Shown here: positions 58,654 through 64,000 of the stretch, piece by piece
Position numbering within the stretch: position 1 is the first letter of the stretch
Layout of the letters: each line of letters opens with the position of its first letter
From: an uncultured Actinomycetota bacterium
Lineage (GTDB): Bacteria; Actinomycetota; Actinomycetes; JAHEKZ01
NCBI GenBank assembly: GCA_963743915.1
Contig: CAVURN010000001.1
Coordinates: forward strand, 480,001-544,000
Length of the DNA stretch: 64,000 bases
Direction of reading: 5' to 3'
Notes under the pieces: generated by a model
Told to the model about the DNA's origin: nothing
The model's database searches: none
The model's input: the letters and a program-made list of their open reading frames with translations, nothing else
Translations under genes and position numbers: made by a program

Positions 58654-59370
58654 GTGGACGGGAGCGGGCTCGCACTGGTCACCGGTGGCAGCCGCGGCAT
58701 CGGCCGAGCCGCGGCCGAGGGGCTGGCGCAGGCGGGGTTCACGGTCGTGCTGGTCGCGCGGGACCGTGACCGCCTCATGAGCGCCGTGCGGCAGCTCGTC
58801 TCCCGGGACCACGACGTCGTCGGCGTCCCGTGCGACGTCAGCGCACCCGAGCAGGTGGCGTCGTTGCAGCAGCACCTCGAGCGCCTGGGGCCGGTGGAGG
58901 TGGTGGTGAACAGCGCCGGGGTGATGTCCGAGCGGATGTCCAAGACGCTGCGAGCGTCCCCGCAGGAGTGGCGGCGCGTCCTCGACGTGAACCTGCTGGG
59001 GGCGGCGCACGTCATCTCCACCGTCGGGCCGGGGATGGTGGCGCGGCGGCGCGGTCGGATCGTGAACGTCTCGGCCTGCATGGGTCGGTTCACCGGGTCG
59101 GGTCTGTCGGGCGGTCTGGCCCCCTATCGCGTCAGCAAGGCCGCGCTCAACGCCCTGACCCGCAACTTCGCTGCGGAGACAGGTTGGGGGCGGCGCGGAC
59201 TCCTCGTGGACGCCATGTGCCCGGGACACTGTCGCACCGACATGGGGGGCGCGGACGCGCCACGCAGCCCCGAAGAGGGCGCCGACACCATCGTGTGGCT
59301 CGCGACGCGGGAGGCCGCGGAGGCCGAGACCGGACGGATGTGGGAGGACCGTTCACCCGTCCCCTGGTAG
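58654..59370 (+). CDS. SDR oxidoreductase
   Basis: TGGSRGIG, NSAG, YRVSK, CPGHCRTDMGG. Confidence 0.92.
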   Translation: MDGSGLALVTGGSRGIGRAAAEGLAQAGFTVVLVARDRDRLMSAVRQLVSRDHDVVGVPCDVSAPEQVASLQQHLERLGPVEVVVNSAGVMSERMSKTLRASPQEWRRVLDVNLLGAAHVISTVGPGMVARRRGRIVNVSACMGRFTGSGLSGGLAPYRVSKAALNALTRNFAAETGWGRRGLLVDAMCPGHCRTDMGGADAPRSPEEGADTIVWLATREAAEAETGRMWEDRSPVPW

Positions 59371-59373
59371 CAG

Positions 59374-60447
59374 TCAGCGACCGGACTCGAGCCCCTCGAG
59401 GGTGGCGAGGACGAGGCCGCCGAGGGACGGCAGGTGGTACCCGCCCTCCTGCACGGCCACCGTGGGCAGGCCGAGCGCCGCCAGCCGCTCGCCTGCTCCG
59501 CGGTACCCGTCGACGGTGATCTGCAGCGGGCTCTCCGGGTCGTCGATCGCCGCATCCACGCCGAGGGAGACCACCAGGGCGGTCGCACCGTGGGTGTGGA
59601 CGTCGGCCGCGAGCTCGGCCACCGCGTCGAGCCACGCGTCGTCCGGTGTGCCCTCGGGGAGCGGGAGGTTGCGGTTCGCGCCGGCGCCGTCATCTCGTCC
59701 GGTCTCGTCGGCGTGCCCCACGTAGTGCGGGAACCACCCTGCCCCCGGGTCGACGTGCACCGAGCCGTAGTAGACGTCGGCCCGGTCGTAGAAGATCGCC
59801 TGCGTGCCGTTGCCGTGGTGCGCATCGATGTCCACCACCGCCACGCGCTCGTGGCCGGCGCGGCGAAACGCCTCGGCTGCGGCCGCGGCGTTGTTCAGGT
59901 AGCACGAGCCGCCGTAGCCCCGCCGGGTCGCGTGGTGGCCGGGAGGCCGGGTGAGGGCATAGGCCACCTGGTGCTCCCCCGACGTGACCAGGTCGACCGC
60001 CGTCAGGGCCGCGTCCACGGCACCGCGTGCTGCCTCCCAGGTGCCAGGCCCGATGAGAGTCATCGTGTCGTAGGCGAAGCGCCCCGCGCGTGCGTGCACC
60101 GCGACGGGTGAGCGCAGCGGCATGCCCGACAGCATCGCCTCGGTGGGAAAGACGTACGGCACCACGCGATCCTGGCCCGGGTCGACGGGGTATCCGGCGT
60201 CCTGCCATTCGGGCACGCAGGTGCGCAGCCAGTGGACGAGTGCGGCGTCGTGAACGACCTCCAGGACGGCGTCATCGTGCGCGGACGCCTCGGTGACGCC
60301 CGCGCCGGCCCCTTCGAGCGTCGCCCGGATGACCTCGGCCCGGGCCCGCACCTCGGTGCCTTCGATCGTGACGCCAACCCAGACCTCACCCTTCGGCTCG
60401 TGCAGCAGGCTGCTGTCGGACCAGACCACCGGAGTTCGTAGTGACAT
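59374..60447 (-). CDS. Histone deacetylase family / acetylpolyamine amidohydrolase-like
   Basis: RPPGHHA, GGSCYLNN, DIDAHHGNGTQ, SLGVD, QEGGY. Confidence 0.92.
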   Translation of the reverse strand: MSLRTPVVWSDSSLLHEPKGEVWVGVTIEGTEVRARAEVIRATLEGAGAGVTEASAHDDAVLEVVHDAALVHWLRTCVPEWQDAGYPVDPGQDRVVPYVFPTEAMLSGMPLRSPVAVHARAGRFAYDTMTLIGPGTWEAARGAVDAALTAVDLVTSGEHQVAYALTRPPGHHATRRGYGGSCYLNNAAAAAEAFRRAGHERVAVVDIDAHHGNGTQAIFYDRADVYYGSVHVDPGAGWFPHYVGHADETGRDDGAGANRNLPLPEGTPDDAWLDAVAELAADVHTHGATALVVSLGVDAAIDDPESPLQITVDGYRGAGERLAALGLPTVAVQEGGYHLPSLGGLVLATLEGLESGR

Positions 60448-60448
60448 G

Positions 60449-60465
60449 CGTGGAATGATTCCACG
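60449..60465. promoter_or_regulatory. Palindrome filling the 18-bp gap between divergent genes
   Basis: CGTGGAAT-G-ATTCCACG. Confidence 0.6.
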
Positions 60466-61551
60466 GTGCCTCGCTTCCGTGACCTCGATGCCGCCATCGG
60501 CGTGCTGCCCACCGGACCGACCAACTCCATGCTCGACGTGCCTGGAGTCGGCGTCGGTCACGCCAGTGTGTGGCGTGACGAACCAGAGCCTCCGGAGGGT
60601 CGTGGCGTCGCCCGCACCGGAGTGACCGTCATCGATCCGGGCGGTGACTGCTTCGGCGCTCCCGTGCCGTTCGGGGCGGTGGCGCTGAACGGGGCCGGCG
60701 AGATGACCGGGTTCATCACGGCGGGGGAGTGGGGGCTGCTCGAGTCGCCGGTGTTCCTCACCTCCACCATGCAGCTCGGTCGCGTGTACGACGCGGCGTG
60801 CCGGCTGCTGATGGCCGAGAACGCCGAGGTCGGAGCCGAGGACGTGATGATCCCGGTCGTGGCCGAGTGCGACGACTCGTTCCTCAACGAGGCGCGCGCG
60901 ATGCAGGTGCAGGAGTCGGACGTGGCAGCGGCGCTGGCGGCGGCGCGGGCCTCGATCGGGGCGTCGGAGCCCCCGGCCGAGGGCGCGGTCGGCAGCGGCA
61001 CCGGAATGGCCTGCCTCGGCCACAAAGGAGGCATCGGGACGTCGTCCCGGGTGCTCCCCTCAGGGCACACGGTGGCGGTGCTGCTGATGTCGAACTTCGG
61101 TGACTTCGCTCGGCTCACGGTCGACGGGGTCCCGGTGGGTCGCCGGATCCCCAACCCGGCCGACGCCGCCCCGGACGTGGCAGCGGACCCTGGGCCGAAG
61201 GGGTCCTGCATCGTCGTCGTCGCCACGGATGCGCCGGTCGACCATGCGGGTTGCGAGCGGCTCGCCCGGCGCGCGGGTCTGGGGCTGGCGCGCACCGGCT
61301 CGACGGCGCACCACGGCAGCGGTGAGATCTTCATGGCGTTCGCCACCGGGCTGCGCGAGGCGCGAGGTGTGGCGCCGACGGCGGTGCCCTTGGTCGGGCG
61401 CGACCTCGACCCCCTCTTCGAGGCGGTCGTCGACGCCACCGAGGAGTCGGTGCTCAACTCGATGCTCATGGCGCCCACGGTGGTCGGGCGACGGGGGAAC
61501 ACGCTCTACGGAATCGACGCTGACGTCGTGCGCGACCTGCTGCAGCGTTAG
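60466..61551 (+). CDS. DmpA/P1 family aminopeptidase
   Basis: DVPGVGVGH, NGAGEMTG, VVAECDD, EGAVGSGTG, GSCIVVVATDAP, HGSGE. Confidence 0.92.
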   Translation: MPRFRDLDAAIGVLPTGPTNSMLDVPGVGVGHASVWRDEPEPPEGRGVARTGVTVIDPGGDCFGAPVPFGAVALNGAGEMTGFITAGEWGLLESPVFLTSTMQLGRVYDAACRLLMAENAEVGAEDVMIPVVAECDDSFLNEARAMQVQESDVAAALAAARASIGASEPPAEGAVGSGTGMACLGHKGGIGTSSRVLPSGHTVAVLLMSNFGDFARLTVDGVPVGRRIPNPADAAPDVAADPGPKGSCIVVVATDAPVDHAGCERLARRAGLGLARTGSTAHHGSGEIFMAFATGLREARGVAPTAVPLVGRDLDPLFEAVVDATEESVLNSMLMAPTVVGRRGNTLYGIDADVVRDLLQR

Positions 61552-61562
61552 CGACGTGCACG

Positions 61563-62042
61563 TCACACCTGGTGCGTGGAGGGCGTGACGCTGGGCGTAC
61601 CGCTGCGCAGGACCTTCGGCGCTCGCCAGACGCCGATGGCCGCGGCGAGAAGACCGGGCACGGCGACGAGCTGGACCCAGTCTGCTGGCGTCTCCAGGAG
61701 CTGGATCAGGTCGTCGTCGTCACTCCGCCCGAAGAGCCACCACACGGTCGTGGCCACGACAAGACCGGACACCACCCCGCTCACCAGACGAGCGACCGTG
61801 GTGGTCACGTCAGCGAGCGACAGCAGCACTGCGCCCATGGCGCCGACGAGTCCGGTGACCACCCCCACGAGGAGCCCGATCGTTCCGAAGAAGAGCGCGA
61901 CGACAGGCAGGGACTCGAGATCCTCGGCGTCCGGCCCGGCGAGGAACATCATGAGGAGTCCGTAGAGGGCCGCGCCGCCGGCGCCCCACGCGATCGCCTC
62001 GCCCAGCGCTCGCAGGCCGACTCGAACGTGCCGCATGCCCAC
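61563..62042 (-). CDS. Hypothetical membrane protein
   Basis: Four hydrophobic segments. Confidence 0.7.
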   Translation of the reverse strand: MGMRHVRVGLRALGEAIAWGAGGAALYGLLMMFLAGPDAEDLESLPVVALFFGTIGLLVGVVTGLVGAMGAVLLSLADVTTTVARLVSGVVSGLVVATTVWWLFGRSDDDDLIQLLETPADWVQLVAVPGLLAAAIGVWRAPKVLRSGTPSVTPSTHQV

Positions 62043-62103
62043 CTCCGTCTGGGTTGTACCACGACCTCACCGCGCTGAGCGTGCGCTGCTAGCGTCCAGG
62101 CTC

Positions 62104-64000
62104 ATGGTCCAGCCGCCCCTCGCCCCTCAGCACCCGCACGTCCACACCGAACACGGAGTCGAGCGCCCCGACCCGTTCGCATGGCTCAAGGACAAGTTCG
62201 GCGACGAGTCATTGGCCTACCTGCGCGCGGAGCGCGCGTACTACGACGCGGAGATGCGGCCGCTCGAGGTGAGCGTCAACGAGCTCACGGCCGAGATGGC
62301 GTCACGCGTCGCCCCCGTCGAGGAGTCGGCGCGCTGGCGTGAAGGGGAGCACGACTACTTCACCCGTACTCCCGAGGGGAGTGAGCACGGGCAGCTGTGG
62401 AGGGTCGGCGCTGACGGGGTCGAGGTGCTCCTGCTCGACCAGAACGACCTGCGGGGCGACTCGCCGTACGTCGAGGTCGGTGTCTCGTTGGTGAGCCCGG
62501 ACGGACGCCTGCTGGCGTTCTCCGTGGACGTCACCGGCGACGAGGTGTACGAGCTGCGATTCCGCGACCTCACCACCGGTGCCGACCTGCCCGACCAGGT
62601 GGCGCACACGTACTACGGCGGCGCCTGGTCCCGGGACGGCTCCACCTTCTTTTACGTGGTCCACGACGACGTGTACCGCCCGTACCAGGTGTGGCGGCAC
62701 CGCATCGGCACGCCGTCGTCCTCGGACACCCTGGTGTTCGAGGACCTCGACCAGCAGTACGACGTCGTCGTGTGGGCCGACCGCGCGGGCCACTACGTGG
62801 TCATCCACACCTCCAACCGCAACACGTCGGAGGTGTGGCTCGTCGATGCACACCGTCCTGACGCACCGGCGCGGGTGGTCAGCCCTCGACGACGGGGCAC
62901 CGAGTACCGCGTCGCGCACGTGCCGGGCACCGACCACGACCTTGGCGATGGCGCCGGCCACCTGCTCGTGGTCACCAACCACGGTGCCGAGGAGTTCCGG
63001 CTGATGCGCGCCCCCATCGACTCCTCCGACCTGGACCAGTGGCACGAGGTGCTGCCGGAGTCGCCCGACACCCGGCTGCACGACGTGGATGTCTTCGCCC
63101 GGCATGTCGTGCTCTCGACCGTGCGCGGTGGACAGCAGCTGCTGCAGGTGCTGCCGCTGTCCGCGTTGGACGCCCGGACGTCGCTCGAGGAGGCTCTCGT
63201 CGTCGACGCCGGGATCCCCGGGGGACTGCTGACGCTGTGGCACAACGAGGAACCGGATGTCGGCGACGTCCTCATCGAGGTCGAGTCGTACGTCCAGCCA
63301 GCACAGTGGTGGCGGGTTGCGCTCGACAGCGGCGAGCGCACGCTGGTCAAGAGCACCGAGCTGCCCCACTACCGTCCCGACGACTACGTGCTCGAGACCC
63401 GATGGATCACCGCACGCGACGGCGAGCAGGTGCCCGTCAAGCTCGCCAGACATCACGACACTCCGCTCGATGGCACCGCACCGGTCCTCCTGTACGGGTA
63501 CGGGGCCTATGAGAGCTCGTTCTGGCCGGGGTTCGACGTCGCGATCCCGAGCCTGCTCGACCGTGGCGTGGTGTTCGCCCACGCGCTCATCCGCGGAGGT
63601 GGCGACATGGGGCGTCGCTGGTACGTCGCCGGACGACTGCTCACCAAACGCAACTCGTTCACCGACTTCATCGACGCAGCCGACCAGCTCGAGGCGCAGG
63701 GTCTCGTGGACGGCTCCCGCATCGTTTCGCGCGGGCTCTCGGCAGGCGGGCTGCTGCAGGGTGCGGTCTACGCGCTCCGTCCGGATCGCTGGCGCGCCGT
63801 GGTGGCCGAGGTCCCGTTCGTCGACGTCGTCACGACGATGTTCGACCACGACGTCCCCCTCACGGTGGGCGAGCTCGACGAGTGGGGCGACCCGCGCAAC
63901 AAGGACGAGTTCGACTACCTCGTCTCGTACAGCCCGTACGAGAACGTGCCGGAGCGCAACCGTCCGGAGCTGCTCGTCACGGGGGCGCTGCACGACCCGC
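62104..64000 (+). CDS. ptrB: Oligopeptidase B (S9A), truncated by the window end
   Basis: Manual translation: HTEHGVERPDPFAWL, YGYGAYE, HALIRGGG, GLSAGG nucleophile, EWGDP, LHDP. Confidence 0.92.
   Translation, partial: MVQPPLAPQHPHVHTEHGVERPDPFAWLKDKFGDESLAYLRAERAYYDAEMRPLEVSVNELTAEMASRVAPVEESARWREGEHDYFTRTPEGSEHGQLWRVGADGVEVLLLDQNDLRGDSPYVEVGVSLVSPDGRLLAFSVDVTGDEVYELRFRDLTTGADLPDQVAHTYYGGAWSRDGSTFFYVVHDDVYRPYQVWRHRIGTPSSSDTLVFEDLDQQYDVVVWADRAGHYVVIHTSNRNTSEVWLVDAHRPDAPARVVSPRRRGTEYRVAHVPGTDHDLGDGAGHLLVVTNHGAEEFRLMRAPIDSSDLDQWHEVLPESPDTRLHDVDVFARHVVLSTVRGGQQLLQVLPLSALDARTSLEEALVVDAGIPGGLLTLWHNEEPDVGDVLIEVESYVQPAQWWRVALDSGERTLVKSTELPHYRPDDYVLETRWITARDGEQVPVKLARHHDTPLDGTAPVLLYGYGAYESSFWPGFDVAIPSLLDRGVVFAHALIRGGGDMGRRWYVAGRLLTKRNSFTDFIDAADQLEAQGLVDGSRIVSRGLSAGGLLQGAVYALRPDRWRAVVAEVPFVDVVTTMFDHDVPLTVGELDEWGDPRNKDEFDYLVSYSPYENVPERNRPELLVTGALHDP

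Overview
High-GC actinobacterial chromosomal segment with about 70 CDS and no rRNA, tRNA or CRISPR array that I could see. The backbone follows the conserved actinomycete block hisN-rsgA-SRAP-sigR/sigH-rsrA-bL37 ... biotinyl carrier ... whiB1-DAG kinase ... sodN/sodX-malic enzyme ... ltaE-SDR-DUF6421-DUF6104-kgd. Also present are a fluc-DUF190-fluc/csoR locus, a respiratory nitrate reductase cluster (ArnR-like regulator, narGHJI, divergent narK), copZ-copA and two DUF222/HNH genes that share a DNA-damage-type promoter. Several genes (copA, narI, narH/J junction, kgd, ltaE, an SDR, a GNAT, an aadA-like gene) carry short indels, most likely long-read assembly errors. The best candidate for an undescribed system lies at 32.5-37.0 kb. 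There a hairpin-rich ~300-nt leader and a strong RBS precede an unannotated 21-aa peptide (MSKVVSAVERFLSSGAGWSWH), followed by two membrane-anchored HD-GYP proteins (one canonical, one degenerate). Divergent from these is a pair of hypothetical genes, one with a LeuA-regulatory-like C-terminal domain. This suggests a peptide-linked c-di-GMP signalling module. Family assignments come from motif recognition only; no searches were run.
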